Below are positions 1 to 10,583 of a stretch of 64,000 bases of DNA, piece by piece. The notes under the pieces are model-generated. The model worked only from the letters and a program-made list of their open reading frames with translations. It searched no databases and was not told where the DNA came from. Every line of letters starts with the position of its first letter. Positions within the stretch are counted from its first letter, which is position 1. Both the position numbers and the translations under genes were made by a program. This DNA comes from Escherichia coli (GTDB taxonomy: Bacteria > Pseudomonadota > Gammaproteobacteria > Enterobacterales > Enterobacteriaceae). Where the stretch lies: assembly GCF_003334405.1 (NCBI RefSeq), contig NZ_QOWM01000004.1; one strand, 5' to 3'.

Positions 1-1282
1 CCACCTGACGTTCTGGCTCTGTCGCCTGCGCACCCAGCGCCTGCGGCATGGCGTTAGCCATCGAACCGTGGTTAAACGAACCTAACAGGCGACGCTTGCC
101 GTTCATTTTTAGATAACGTGCCGCCCACACCGTTGGCGTACCAACGTCACAGGTGAAAATAGCGTCATCGGCGGCAAAATGACTAATTTGCTGCGCCAGA
201 TATTGCGGGTGAATGGCTTTCTCGCTCGGTTTAGCTAAATCGTCCAGCCCTTTGCGGGCGTCGCGGTAATCTTCCAGCGCTTTATCCAGAAACTTGCGAT
301 CGGCTTTTTCTTCCACCAATGGAAGCAATGCACGCAGAGTCGACTTGATATCGCCGACCAGTGCCATATCCACCTTGCTGTGAGCGCCGATGCTGGCTGG
401 GTTGATATCAATCTGAATGATTTTGGCATCGGTCGGGTAGAAGGCGCGGTAGGGAAATTGCGTGCCGAGTAGCACTAACGTGTCGGCGTTCATCATGGTA
501 TGGAAACCTGACGAGAAGCCGATTAACCCGGTCATTCCAACATCATACGGATTATCGTATTCGACATGTTCTTTACCGCGCAGGGCATGAACAATAGGCG
601 CTTTAATTTTCCCGGCAAACTCAACTAACTCTTTATGCGCCCCCGCGCAGCCGCTGCCACACATCAGGGCGATATTGCTGGAATAACGCAGCAGTTGCGC
701 CAGTTTGCGTAACTCTTCTTCTTCCGGCGTCACGACTGGTTGTGGCGCATGATACCAGTGCATGGTTGCCCCTTCTGGCGCAGGTTTTAACGCCACGTCG
801 CCTGGTAACACGACAACCGAAACGCCACGGTTAAGCACCGCTTTGCGCATGGCAATCGCCAGTACTTGTGGGATCTGCTCCGGGCTGGAAACCAGCTCGC
901 AATAGTGACTACATTCGCGGAATAGCTCTTGTGGGTGGGTTTCCTGGAAATAGCCGCTGCCAATTTCGCTGGAGGGAATATGAGCGGCAATCGCCAGTAC
1001 CGGAACGTGATTGCGGTGGCAATCGAACAGGCCGTTGATTAAGTGCAGGTTGCCGGGGCCGCACGATCCGGCGCAGACCGCCAGTTCTCCGCTAAGTTGT
1101 GCTTCAGCGCCAGCGGCAAAGGCCGCCACTTCTTCGTGGCGGGTGGACATCCACTCGATGGTGCCCATGCGATTAAGACTGTCACTAAGACCGTTCAGAG
1201 AGTCGCCTGTGACTCCCCAGATGCGTTTCACCCCTGCCGATTCGAGTGTTTTGGCGATATAAGCTGCAACCGTTTGTTTCAT
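1..1282 (-). CDS. poxB: Pyruvate oxidase (ubiquinone-dependent), N-terminal ~427 codons; 3' end lies beyond the window start
   Basis: Reverse-complement translation from ATG at 1280-1282 begins [14 protein letters not shown], which I recognise as PoxB; the frame stays open to position 1; position directly downstream of hcr matches K-12 order. Confidence 0.88.
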
Positions 1283-1414
1283 GGTTCTCCATCTCCTGAA
1301 TGTGATAACGGTAACAAGTTTAGTTCATCTGACGGAGGGGGAAGGGATGGGAGAGAAAGGAGGCACTAACGGTTAAATAGCCCGATGAAAGGAATATCAT
1401 CGGGCATAAGGCGA

Positions 1415-2383
1415 TTATGCGAGAACCAAATCCCCCTGCGGATGGCAGGAGCAGGCCAGTACGTAACCTTCAGCGATTTCGGCGTCGGTCAGCGTCATTG
1501 TGCTGCTCACCGTATATTCACCGGAAACCACTTTTGTCTTACAGCAGCCGCAAACACCCGCACGGCAGGCAGCGACAACCGGAACGTTATTGCTTTCCAG
1601 CGCCTCCAGTAGCGTGGTGCCAACCGGGGCGTAAAATTCTCGTGCCGGTTGCAGTTTGGTGAATTTCAGACCGCTGGTCGCCGCTTCTGCTACTGGGGTG
1701 AAGAATTTCTCTTTAAAGAAACGCGTCACGCCGAGCGCTTTCACTTCCTGCTCTACCCAATCCATATACGGAGCCGGGCCGCAGGTCATCACGGTACGTG
1801 AAGCTAAGTCAGGTACACCTGCCAGCAGTTCGCGAGTGAGACGACCAGCGATAAAGCCTTCGGTAACGTTATTTTCTGCCACCAGCGTTACCGGATAGTT
1901 ACGCCACTCATCGGCGAAAATAACATCCTGCGGCGTACGCACGTTGTAGATCACCCGCACATCGGCCTGTGGACGGTTCTTCGCAAGCCAGCGACGCATC
2001 GACATAATCGGCGTGACGCCGCAGCCTGCCGCCAGCAACAGGAATTTATCTTCTGCTTTATCGTCGCAGGTAAATTCCCCCATCGCGTCCGAAAGCCAGA
2101 GATAATCACCGCGTTTTACATCGCGCGTCAGCCACTGGGTGCCGACACCGTCATCAATCCGCCGCACGGTCAGGGTGATATATTCACTCACGCCTGGCGT
2201 GGAGGAAATGGTGTAAGCACGCAGCGTTTCCGCTGAGTTTCGCACGCTGACCAGTGCATATTGCCCGGCGCGATATGGGTAGTAATCGTGGCAAATCAGG
2301 GAAATCGTCCACACATCCGGCGTTTCTTGCGTAATGTGATGAACCTGCATCCGCCACGGGCATTGATTCGTTGGCATCGTCAT
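1415..2383 (-). CDS. hcr: NADH oxidoreductase partner of hybrid-cluster protein (FAD/NAD-binding, C-terminal 2Fe-2S ferredoxin Cys cluster)
   Basis: ORF 1415..2389; trimmed to the conserved MTMPTNQCPW start; C-terminal CRAGVCGCCK motif; 11-bp gap after the hcp stop, consistent with an hcp-hcr operon. Confidence 0.9.
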   Translation of the reverse strand: MTMPTNQCPWRMQVHHITQETPDVWTISLICHDYYPYRAGQYALVSVRNSAETLRAYTISSTPGVSEYITLTVRRIDDGVGTQWLTRDVKRGDYLWLSDAMGEFTCDDKAEDKFLLLAAGCGVTPIMSMRRWLAKNRPQADVRVIYNVRTPQDVIFADEWRNYPVTLVAENNVTEGFIAGRLTRELLAGVPDLASRTVMTCGPAPYMDWVEQEVKALGVTRFFKEKFFTPVAEAATSGLKFTKLQPAREFYAPVGTTLLEALESNNVPVVAACRAGVCGCCKTKVVSGEYTVSSTMTLTDAEIAEGYVLACSCHPQGDLVLA

Positions 2384-2394
2384 CGACAAACTCC

Positions 2395-4047
2395 TTACGC
2401 GCTCAACAGTTGCTTCATGTCTTCTTCAACAGTGGTGATAGAACGCAGGCCGAATTTCTCGTTCAGCACCGCCAGCAGGTCTGGTGTCAGGAAACCAGGT
2501 GCAGTCGGGCCGGTGACGATATTTTTCACGCCCAGAGAAAGCAGCGTCAGCAGAATGACGATCGCTTTCTGTTCAAACCAGGAGAGCACCAGCGACAGCG
2601 GCAGATCGTTGACACCGCAGCCCAGTTTCTCTGCCAGAGTGACAGCCAGAATAATCGCTGAGTAAGCATCGTTACATTGACCTGCATCTACCAGACGCGG
2701 CAGACCTTCGATATCGCCAAACTCAAGTTTGTTAAAGCGATATTTACCACAGGCGAGGGTCAGGATCAGGCAGTCATCCGGCACGCTGGTGGCGAAATCG
2801 GTGAAGTAGTGGCGCTCGCCGCGTGCGCCGTCACAGCCACCAAGCAGGAAGATATGACGCAGTTTTTCACGGCTCACCAGATCAATCAGCGTATCAGCAG
2901 CGCCAAGCAGCGTCTGGCGACCAAAACCCACGGTGATAAGGTGCGGAATTTCGCTGTACGGGAAGCCTGCCATCTGTTGCGCCTGGGTGATAACCGCAGA
3001 GAAATCATCACCGTCCAGATGACGCACGCCAGGCCAGCCAACAATGCTGCGGGTCCAGATACGATCGTCATAAGCGCCTACGGTTGGGTCGATGATGCAG
3101 TTCGAGGTCATCACGATGGGGCCAGGGAAACGAGCGAACTCCACTTGCTGATTCTGCCAGCCGCTGCCGTAGTTACCGACCAGATGCTTGAATTTACGCA
3201 GCTCCGGGTAGCCATGCGCAGGCAGCATTTCGCCGTGGGTGTAGACATTAACGCCCGTGCCTTCGGTCTGTTCCAGCAGGTTGTAGAGATCTTTGAGATC
3301 GTGACCGGAAATCAGAATGCATTTACCCGCCGTCGCTTTGACGTTGACCTGGGTTGGCGTCGGGTGACCGTATTTACCGGTTTCGCCTGCATCCAGAATG
3401 CTCATCACTTTGAAGTTCATCTGGCCGATTTCCATTGAACACTCAAGAAGCGCGTTCATATCGGCAGGCCAGGTCCCCAGCCACGCCATGATTTTATGGT
3501 ACTGGGCATAAATATCGTTGTCGTATTGACCGAGAACATGCGCGTGTTCCATATAGGCCGCCGCACCTTTCAGGCCATACAGGCACAGCAGACGCAGGCC
3601 GAGAATGTTTTCGCCAATCGCCGCTTTATCTTTGTTAGGGGTAAATTCTGCTGCCTGACGTTGCAGCTCGCCGAGATCGTCGCTCACCAGTTGCAGGTCA
3701 GCCATCGGGTTATCGACGCGCGCGTTGGCATCTACAGCCAGGCATTGCGCTTTCAGCGCCTCGCGCAGGGCAATCGCTTCACGAGCGTAGCCGACAATAC
3801 GCGGAGAATCGAAGTTAACGTTGGTCAGGGTTGAGAAAAAGGCACGTGGCGCGAAGCTGTCAACATCGTGGTTGATGATGCCGTATTCACGCGCTTTTAC
3901 CGCCCAGGCAGAAAGCCCTTGCAGCGCCGCGATGAGTAAATCCTGAAGGTCAGAAGTTTCCGCCGTTTTACCACACATCCCCTGCGCGTATGAGCAGCCG
4001 TTTCCTGCCGGAGTACGGATAGTTTGTTCACATTGCACACAAAACAT
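2395..4047 (-). CDS. hcp: Hybrid-cluster protein / hydroxylamine reductase
   Basis: ORF 2395..4053; N-terminus MFCVQCEQT with the Cys-rich cluster motif; ATG at 4045-4047 preceded by an AGGTG Shine-Dalgarno on the minus strand. Confidence 0.9.
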
Positions 4048-4143
4048 GATCACACCTTTTAAAGTTATATTTAATATACATGTTTAAGGTTAAGACGCTT
4101 AACGCGGGGATAAAAGGGATTTTTCATGCAACTTTAAGGGAGA

Positions 4144-4157
4144 TTGATTTAGCGCAA
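4144..4157 (-). promoter_or_regulatory. Candidate FNR half-site-pair upstream of hcp (minus-strand reading TTGCG-CTAA-ATCAA)
   Basis: 8/10 match to the FNR consensus TTGAT-N4-ATCAA about 100 bp upstream of the hcp start; hcp is known to be anaerobically induced. Confidence 0.4.
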
Positions 4158-4190
4158 TTTTGGCGGCAGGGATCTACCGCCAGAGAGGTA

Positions 4191-5090
4191 TTACGCAGAG
4201 AAAAAGGCGATGAGGATCGGCACTAACAGGCTAAGAATAAAACCGTGAACAATTGCCGCCGGGACCATATCCAGCCCGCCAGTACGTTGAAGAACGGGCA
4301 GGGTGAAATCCATTGATGTGGCACCGCATAAGCCCAGTGCAGTAGAGCGGCTGCGGCGAATCAGCCCAGGGATCAACATAATAGCAATCAGTTCACGGGC
4401 CAGATCATTAAAAAACGCCGCGCTCCCGATTACCGGACCAAAAGATTCGGTCAATAAAATACCGGAAAGAGAATACCAGCCGAAACCGGAGGCCATTGCC
4501 AGCGCGGTATTGATGGGGAGATCAAGAATAAAGGCGTTAATTAAACCACCAATTAATGAACTGACAACCACCACCACGGCGACAATCATTCCCCGGCGAT
4601 TAAGGACAATCTGCTTTAAGGTCATGCCATTATTGCGCAACTGAATACCAACGAGGAAAAGTAGCAAAATTAACGTGTATTCACTGGCTTCGGTCGCGTG
4701 TTGTAAGAAAGCCAGTCCACTTAGACCAATGGCAAAACCAATCACTACTACGCCGCACAGTTTTAGCGACTCCAGCGCCATCGCAATACGCGACGGGAGT
4801 TTTTCTTGCTGATGGTGGTTGCGCCACGGCAGGCCTCGCTCCAGCCACATCAGGGCGGCAATATTACACAGTAAAATAACGGTAATACTGACGGCAGAAT
4901 AATGCAGAATCGCCAACAGGTTACTGGCGAGGTTATCGAGAAACGCCAGACTGATACCCATAAAAAAGAGAATAAGGTAAACCATCCAGCTTAATAGCTG
5001 ATTAATAACTTTTAACGCAGCTTGTTGGCGAAGCGGAATGAGGTAACCCACAATCAGGGGAACCAGAATGATTAACAGCCCAGAAAACAT
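4191..5090 (-). CDS. lysO: Lysine exporter, inner-membrane protein
   Basis: ORF 4191..5138; trimmed to the MFSGLLIILVPLIVGYL start (ATG at 5088-5090); highly hydrophobic multi-helix protein; position between hcp and aqpZ. Confidence 0.82.
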   Translation of the reverse strand: MFSGLLIILVPLIVGYLIPLRQQAALKVINQLLSWMVYLILFFMGISLAFLDNLASNLLAILHYSAVSITVILLCNIAALMWLERGLPWRNHHQQEKLPSRIAMALESLKLCGVVVIGFAIGLSGLAFLQHATEASEYTLILLLFLVGIQLRNNGMTLKQIVLNRRGMIVAVVVVVSSLIGGLINAFILDLPINTALAMASGFGWYSLSGILLTESFGPVIGSAAFFNDLARELIAIMLIPGLIRRSRSTALGLCGATSMDFTLPVLQRTGGLDMVPAAIVHGFILSLLVPILIAFFSA

Positions 5091-5302
5091 GAAAACCCAG
5101 TCCTTGCAAAGATGAAGTCGAAATGCGCGATGACACACTACTGAAAGCGGAAGGACGAGTAAAGTTGCAATTAAAAGGAAATGTTATGCATAAGGAGCAG
5201 TAGAGTATTCGTTTTCATTTAAAGATATTCTTGCGCTTTAATTACAAACTGCACCGATGTTGGTGGCGTCAAAATCGCCGAGGCGTTCCCTGAAGGCCGG
5301 GG

Positions 5303-5511
5303 CAGCCCACATGGATGTGGGCTGAGGGCGCGTTTTACAGGGATGTTACCTCGCGCCCGACCCGGTAGCCGTAAGGGATAAGCCGAGGGCACCGCGCAGC
5401 GGCGATTTTGTTCGCCAGAGCCCGGGGGTGCAGGGGGCGGCGGCGATTGGCCGCCCCCTGCGCGCTCCTTGCGCCAGTGGCAATATGTTGCTTAGCTCAT
5501 GAAAGGAGCGC
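5303..5511. repeat. GC-rich cluster of four consecutive palindromes / stem-loops in the lysO-aqpZ intergenic region
   Basis: Perfect inverted repeats read directly: cagcccacat-gg-atgtgggctg (5303-5324); gggcgcg/cgcgccc (5326-5358); gcagggggcggc-ggcgattg-gccgccccctgc (5430-5461, 12-bp stem); gcgctcctt/aaggagcgc (5462-5511). Confidence 0.5.
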
Positions 5512-5545
5512 AACAAGATGATGAATCAACATATAACAACATCTT

Positions 5546-5575
5546 AAAAAAAGGCCTGACATTACGCCAGGCCTT
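5546..5575 (-). terminator. Rho-independent terminator downstream of aqpZ
   Basis: 8-bp stem aaggcctg/caggcctt (5551-5558 / 5568-5575) followed on the minus strand by a U-run (plus-strand A7 at 5546-5552); starts 10 bp after the aqpZ stop. Confidence 0.7.
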
Positions 5576-5584
5576 CTGCGTTAA

Positions 5585-6280
5585 TTAATCACGCTTTTCC
5601 AGCAGGGTCCGGTAAATCAGACCACCGATAATGCCGCCGACAATTGGCACCACCCAGAAGAACCACAGTTGTTCTAATGCCCAGCCGCCCTGGAAGATAG
5701 CAACCGCGGTGCTGCGCGCCGGGTTAACAGAAGTGTTAGTCACCGGAATACTAATTAAGTGAATCAGGGTTAAGGCCAGACCAATAGCGATCGGCGCAAA
5801 ACCTGCCGGCGCGAATTTGTCGGTTGCGCCGTGGATCACCAACAGGAAACCTGCACTCAATACCAGTTCAACTACCAGCGCGGAAAGCATGGAATAACCG
5901 CCTGGTGAATGCTCGCCATAACCGTTAGAAGCAAAACCGCTGGCTGCCGCGTCAAAACCCGTTTTACCACTGGCAATTAAATACAGCAGCGCCGCTGCAA
6001 CAATACCGCCGACAACCTGGGCAATTACGTAGCCAACGACTTCTTTTGCCGGAAAACGTCCGCCAGCCCATAAACCAATAGTGACCGCCGGGTTAAAATG
6101 ACCACCAGAAATATGACCAACAGCAAAGGCCATCGTCAGAACGGTCAGACCGAACGCCAACGCCACGCCGGCAAAACCAATGCCTAATTCCGGGAAGCCT
6201 GCGGCCAGTACAGCACTACCACAGCCACCAAAAACAAGCCAGAAAGTACCAAAACATTCAGCTGCTAATTTTCTGAACAT
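5585..6280 (-). CDS. aqpZ: Aquaporin Z water channel
   Basis: ORF 5585..6286; start [19 protein letters not shown]; two NPA motifs (GGHFNPAVT and NTSVNPAR); GAGGTG Shine-Dalgarno before ATG at 6278-6280. Confidence 0.92.
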   Translation of the reverse strand: MFRKLAAECFGTFWLVFGGCGSAVLAAGFPELGIGFAGVALAFGLTVLTMAFAVGHISGGHFNPAVTIGLWAGGRFPAKEVVGYVIAQVVGGIVAAALLYLIASGKTGFDAAASGFASNGYGEHSPGGYSMLSALVVELVLSAGFLLVIHGATDKFAPAGFAPIAIGLALTLIHLISIPVTNTSVNPARSTAVAIFQGGWALEQLWFFWVVPIVGGIIGGLIYRTLLEKRD

Positions 6281-6705
6281 ATCCACCTCAATTAAAAATT
6301 GACCCTGTGAAAAATATGGTCGTTTTATAGGGTCGTCGTAAAAAAGTGACGACGGAAATAATGCGCGGCTATTTTAAAAACGAAGGCGAGTCATTCACCA
6401 GATAAATAAATCCAGTAAATTTGATTTAGGGCAACAGCGGGTTGCCCCATATAGTCATTTGTCTGATTGACAGTGTAGTGCACGCAAAAGATTTAATCCT
6501 TTAGGCGTAATAAAAAATAATTTATCATGCTAATTATTTGATTTTGTTGTTTTTGCAGACTTATCAGCAAGAGGGAGTATAACGCGATTATTCGCTCATT
6601 TTTCAGACATTTGCCATGCTTAAATGTGATGTCATCACGTATTAGCAAGGCCTTTCCCGTTATACTGCCAGCGTAAAGGATAAGTCACATATTTCTGGAG
6701 GGGAT

Positions 6706-8364
6706 ATGATTCTTGAGCGCGTTGAAATTGTGGGTTTTCGCGGTATCAACCGTTTGTCGTTGATGCTGGAACAAAACAACGTCCTGATTGGGGAGAACGC
6801 GTGGGGTAAATCCAGCTTGCTGGACGCCTTAACTCTGCTGCTATCGCCAGAATCAGATCTCTACCATTTTGAGCGCGACGATTTCTGGTTCCCGCCGGGA
6901 GATATCAACGGGCGAGAACATCATCTGCATATTATTTTGACCTTCCGCGAATCGCTGCCAGGCCGACATCGGGTTCGCCGTTATCGGCCGCTGGAAGCGT
7001 GCTGGACGCCATGCACCGATGGCTATCACCGTATTTTTTATCGTCTGGAAGGGGAGAGTGCGGAAGACGGCAGCGTGATGACACTGCGCAGTTTTCTCGA
7101 TAAAGACGGACATCCGATTGATGTCGAGGATATTAACGATCAGGCACGCCATCTGGTGCGTTTAATGCCGGTGCTGCGCTTGCGTGATGCCCGTTTTATG
7201 CGCCGTATTCGTAACGGCACGGTGCCAAATGTCCCTAATGTGGAAGTCACCGCGCGCCAGCTCGATTTCCTCGCCCGTGAGTTATCCTCACATCCGCAAA
7301 ATCTCTCTGATGGGCAGATTCGTCAGGGACTTTCCGCAATGGTACAGCTGCTTGAGCATTATTTCTCTGAGCAGGGGGCCGGACAGGCGCGATATCGTTT
7401 AATGCGGCGGCGAGCCAGCAATGAGCAACGAAGCTGGCGCTATCTGGATATCATCAACCGGATGATTGACCGACCTGGTGGGCGCTCGTATCGGGTTATT
7501 TTGCTCGGCCTATTTGCTACTTTGTTGCAGGCAAAAGGCACATTGCGACTGGATAAAGACGCCCGTCCATTGTTGCTGATCGAAGATCCAGAAACCCGTT
7601 TACACCCCATTATGCTTTCAGTTGCCTGGCATCTGTTGAATCTTCTGCCATTGCAGCGCATTGCCACCACCAACTCGGGTGAGTTGCTTTCGTTAACGCC
7701 GGTAGAGCATGTTTGCCGACTGGTACGTGAGTCCTCGCGCGTTGCCGCCTGGCGTCTGGGGCCGAGTGGCTTGAGTACCGAAGATAGCCGACGCATATCC
7801 TTTCACATTCGTTTTAACCGTCCGTCATCGCTGTTTGCACGCTGCTGGTTGCTGGTGGAAGGGGAAACGGAAACCTGGGTTATCAATGAACTGGCGCGTC
7901 AGTGCGGACATCATTTTGATGCCGAAGGGATCAAGGTCATTGAGTTTGCCCAGTCCGGGCTAAAGCCACTGGTTAAATTTGCCCGCCGAATGGGGATTGA
8001 ATGGCATGTACTGGTCGATGGCGATGAAGCAGGGAAGAAATATGCCGCTACGGTACGCAGCCTGTTGAATAACGATCGGGAAGCCGAACGAGAACATTTA
8101 ACGGCGTTACCGGCGCTGGATATGGAACATTTTATGTATCGCCAGGGATTTTCCGATGTGTTCCACCGCATGGCGCAAATCCCGGAAAATGTACCGATGA
8201 ATCTACGCAAAATTATCTCGAAAGCGATCCATCGCTCTTCCAAACCCGATCTTGCCATTGAAGTGGCAATGGAGGCAGGACGTCGTGGTGTGGACTCCGT
8301 ACCGACGCTGCTGAAAAAAATGTTCTCACGCGTGCTGTGGCTGGCGCGCGGTCGCGCGGATTAA
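6706..8364 (+). CDS. ybjD: OLD-family ATP-dependent nuclease homologue (N-terminal ABC-type ATPase, C-terminal TOPRIM)
   Basis: 552-aa ORF; P-loop GENAWGKSSLLDA near the N-terminus; TOPRIM-like acidic motifs CWLLVEGETE and HVLVDGDEAG in the C-terminal third. Confidence 0.85.
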   Translation: MILERVEIVGFRGINRLSLMLEQNNVLIGENAWGKSSLLDALTLLLSPESDLYHFERDDFWFPPGDINGREHHLHIILTFRESLPGRHRVRRYRPLEACWTPCTDGYHRIFYRLEGESAEDGSVMTLRSFLDKDGHPIDVEDINDQARHLVRLMPVLRLRDARFMRRIRNGTVPNVPNVEVTARQLDFLARELSSHPQNLSDGQIRQGLSAMVQLLEHYFSEQGAGQARYRLMRRRASNEQRSWRYLDIINRMIDRPGGRSYRVILLGLFATLLQAKGTLRLDKDARPLLLIEDPETRLHPIMLSVAWHLLNLLPLQRIATTNSGELLSLTPVEHVCRLVRESSRVAAWRLGPSGLSTEDSRRISFHIRFNRPSSLFARCWLLVEGETETWVINELARQCGHHFDAEGIKVIEFAQSGLKPLVKFARRMGIEWHVLVDGDEAGKKYAATVRSLLNNDREAEREHLTALPALDMEHFMYRQGFSDVFHRMAQIPENVPMNLRKIISKAIHRSSKPDLAIEVAMEAGRRGVDSVPTLLKKMFSRVLWLARGRAD

Positions 8365-9353
8365 CCGCGAAACATCGTGGCCATTTGTGGCTGAATAGCG
8401 TCGAGCATCTCATAGCGCCGACGGTATTCAGCCCGTTTTTTACTGGCGATTTCGGCAATCTCTTTTCGTGCTATCTGTGCTGGAAGGCGGTAATGGCGTT
8501 CAGCATCACATACGCCGCCAACCGATTCCCAGAAAGCGTTGTAATCAGCGTGGATCTTGCCTTCTTTATCGCGATAACGCAGGCTGCGGTAAATATGCGT
8601 TTCATTGCTGACGGCAATAATCTGCTCTACCTGCAAACGTTGGGCAAACAGACAGGCCGCTTCCATCACGAGGCGTTTGGGAAATAGCCCGTGGCAGGCT
8701 TTCGTCGCATTCTGGATTTCCTGATGTGGAATTTCCCATTTTGCGCCTTGCAGTCCGCCAATAAACATCGTTCTTTTCCCCTGATATTCACACAGGGTAA
8801 ACGTGATCTCTGCCAGAGGAATACCTTCGCTGTTGCGGAACAGGATTGTGCTGTCACCTTCTTTATCCATTGAGATCATCATGGTCAGCTCAAGCGTGAA
8901 CTGCTCGCCGTTTTTGCCTTCCAGCTTCGCCAGTTGCAGCCCGGGGGTATTCAAATATAAGCTGAATTCTTCCGCCGACATACATTCGCGGAGTAACGCA
9001 TAATGGTAACGTAACGCCTCCAGCAATTGCTTACGGCTAAGATTCGCCGCAAGGTAAGGGCGATGCAGACGCACAGGCAGTCGCGGCTGGCGCGTTAACA
9101 ATACATTGAGATTAGGCCAGTGGGAAAGTTCGTTCATCCACTCAACGCTTAAACGCGGCATAATCAACGAGCGCAGCAAAAATTTCTGGCGAAAACTACG
9201 GCGATGCCAGAATTTACCCGGCCGACACTGTCCACGTGCCAGACTAAGAAAAAGTGACAGGCTGCTGAGAGATTCAGATGGCGTAAAGGTCCGTTCAGTT
9301 AGCTGCGACATATTCATGAAATCAATGGTTATACATGGCGTCGATTTCACCAT
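8361..9353 (-). CDS. ybjX: VirK/DUF535-family protein
   Basis: 330-aa ORF convergent with ybjD and overlapping its stop by 4 bp; divergent from macA; identified from position and remembered annotation. Confidence 0.75.
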   Translation of the reverse strand: MVKSTPCITIDFMNMSQLTERTFTPSESLSSLSLFLSLARGQCRPGKFWHRRSFRQKFLLRSLIMPRLSVEWMNELSHWPNLNVLLTRQPRLPVRLHRPYLAANLSRKQLLEALRYHYALLRECMSAEEFSLYLNTPGLQLAKLEGKNGEQFTLELTMMISMDKEGDSTILFRNSEGIPLAEITFTLCEYQGKRTMFIGGLQGAKWEIPHQEIQNATKACHGLFPKRLVMEAACLFAQRLQVEQIIAVSNETHIYRSLRYRDKEGKIHADYNAFWESVGGVCDAERHYRLPAQIARKEIAEIASKKRAEYRRRYEMLDAIQPQMATMFRG

Positions 9354-9467
9354 TGCGTATCTTAACCAAACATCAATAGTGTGATTACTAACGTAAATTT
9401 TAGGGTTTTGTTGATATTTCGTTGAAGTTAATGACCCGGATTGGCATATGGAGTATTCAGAAAATTT

Positions 9468-10583
9468 ATGAAAAAGCGGAAAACCGTGAAGAAGCGTTAC
9501 GTTATTGCGCTGGTGATAGTCATCGCCGGACTGATTACGTTATGGAGAATTCTTAACGCACCCGTGCCGACTTATCAGACGCTGATTGTGCGCCCCGGTG
9601 ATTTACAGCAAAGCGTGCTGGCGACCGGAAAGCTGGACGCGCTGCGTAAGGTTGATGTGGGCGCGCAGGTCAGCGGTCAGTTGAAAACTCTGTCGGTGGC
9701 GATTGGCGATAAAGTAAAAAAAGACCAGCTTTTAGGGGTTATTGATCCTGAACAGGCTGAAAACCAGATTAAGGAGGTCGAAGCAACGCTGATGGAGCTA
9801 CGTGCGCAGCGGCAGCAGGCGGAAGCGGAGCTGAAACTGGCGCGGGTGACGTATTCCCGTCAGCAACGTCTGGCACAAACGAAGGCTGTTTCACAGCAGG
9901 ATCTCGACACCGCCGCGACGGAGATGGCTGTGAAACAGGCGCAAATTGGCACCATTGACGCGCAAATCAAGCGCAATCAGGCTTCTCTCGATACGGCTAA
10001 AACCAATCTCGATTACACTCGCATCGTTGCCCCGATGGCCGGGGAAGTCACGCAAATCACCACTCTGCAAGGCCAGACGGTGATTGCCGCACAACAAGCA
10101 CCGAACATTCTGACGCTGGCAGATATGAGCACCATGCTGGTAAAAGCGCAGGTTTCTGAAGCGGATGTAATCCACCTGAAGCCGGGGCAAAAAGCCTGGT
10201 TTACGGTGCTTGGCGATCCACTGACGCGCTACGAGGGGCAAATCAAGGATGTACTACCGACGCCGGAAAAGGTTAACGACGCTATTTTCTATTACGCCCG
10301 TTTTGAAGTCCCCAACCCCAATGGTTTGCTGCGGCTGGATATGACTGCGCAAGTGCATATTCAGCTCACCGATGTGAAAAATGTGCTGACGATCCCTCTG
10401 TCGGCGTTAGGCGATCCGGTTGGCGATAATCGTTATAAAGTCAAATTGTTGCGTAATGGTGAAACACGCGAGCGTGAAGTGACGATTGGCGCACGTAACG
10501 ATACCGATGTTGAGATTGTCAAAGGGCTTGAAGCGGGCGATGAAGTGGTGATTGGTGAGGCCAAACCAGGAGCTGCACAATGA
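9468..10583 (+). CDS. macA: Macrolide efflux periplasmic adaptor (membrane fusion protein)
   Basis: ORF 9441..10583 starts at an upstream TTG; trimmed to ATG at 9468 ([18 protein letters not shown]); coiled-coil region; stop overlaps the macB start (ATGA at 10580-10583). Confidence 0.9.
   Translation: MKKRKTVKKRYVIALVIVIAGLITLWRILNAPVPTYQTLIVRPGDLQQSVLATGKLDALRKVDVGAQVSGQLKTLSVAIGDKVKKDQLLGVIDPEQAENQIKEVEATLMELRAQRQQAEAELKLARVTYSRQQRLAQTKAVSQQDLDTAATEMAVKQAQIGTIDAQIKRNQASLDTAKTNLDYTRIVAPMAGEVTQITTLQGQTVIAAQQAPNILTLADMSTMLVKAQVSEADVIHLKPGQKAWFTVLGDPLTRYEGQIKDVLPTPEKVNDAIFYYARFEVPNPNGLLRLDMTAQVHIQLTDVKNVLTIPLSALGDPVGDNRYKVKLLRNGETREREVTIGARNDTDVEIVKGLEAGDEVVIGEAKPGAAQ

Noticed and set aside
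2677-3438. 253-aa plus-strand ORF inside hcp, and a similar 318-aa minus-strand ORF at 31408..32364 inside dmsA
   Set aside because: Both fall entirely within well-supported genes on the opposite strand and have no conserved motifs. Treated as antisense artefacts.
9354-9467. Possible PhoP box in the ybjX-macA divergent promoter region
   Set aside because: Only loose matches to the TGTTTA-N5-TGTTTA direct repeat could be found by eye. Not strong enough to annotate without a position-weight-matrix scan.
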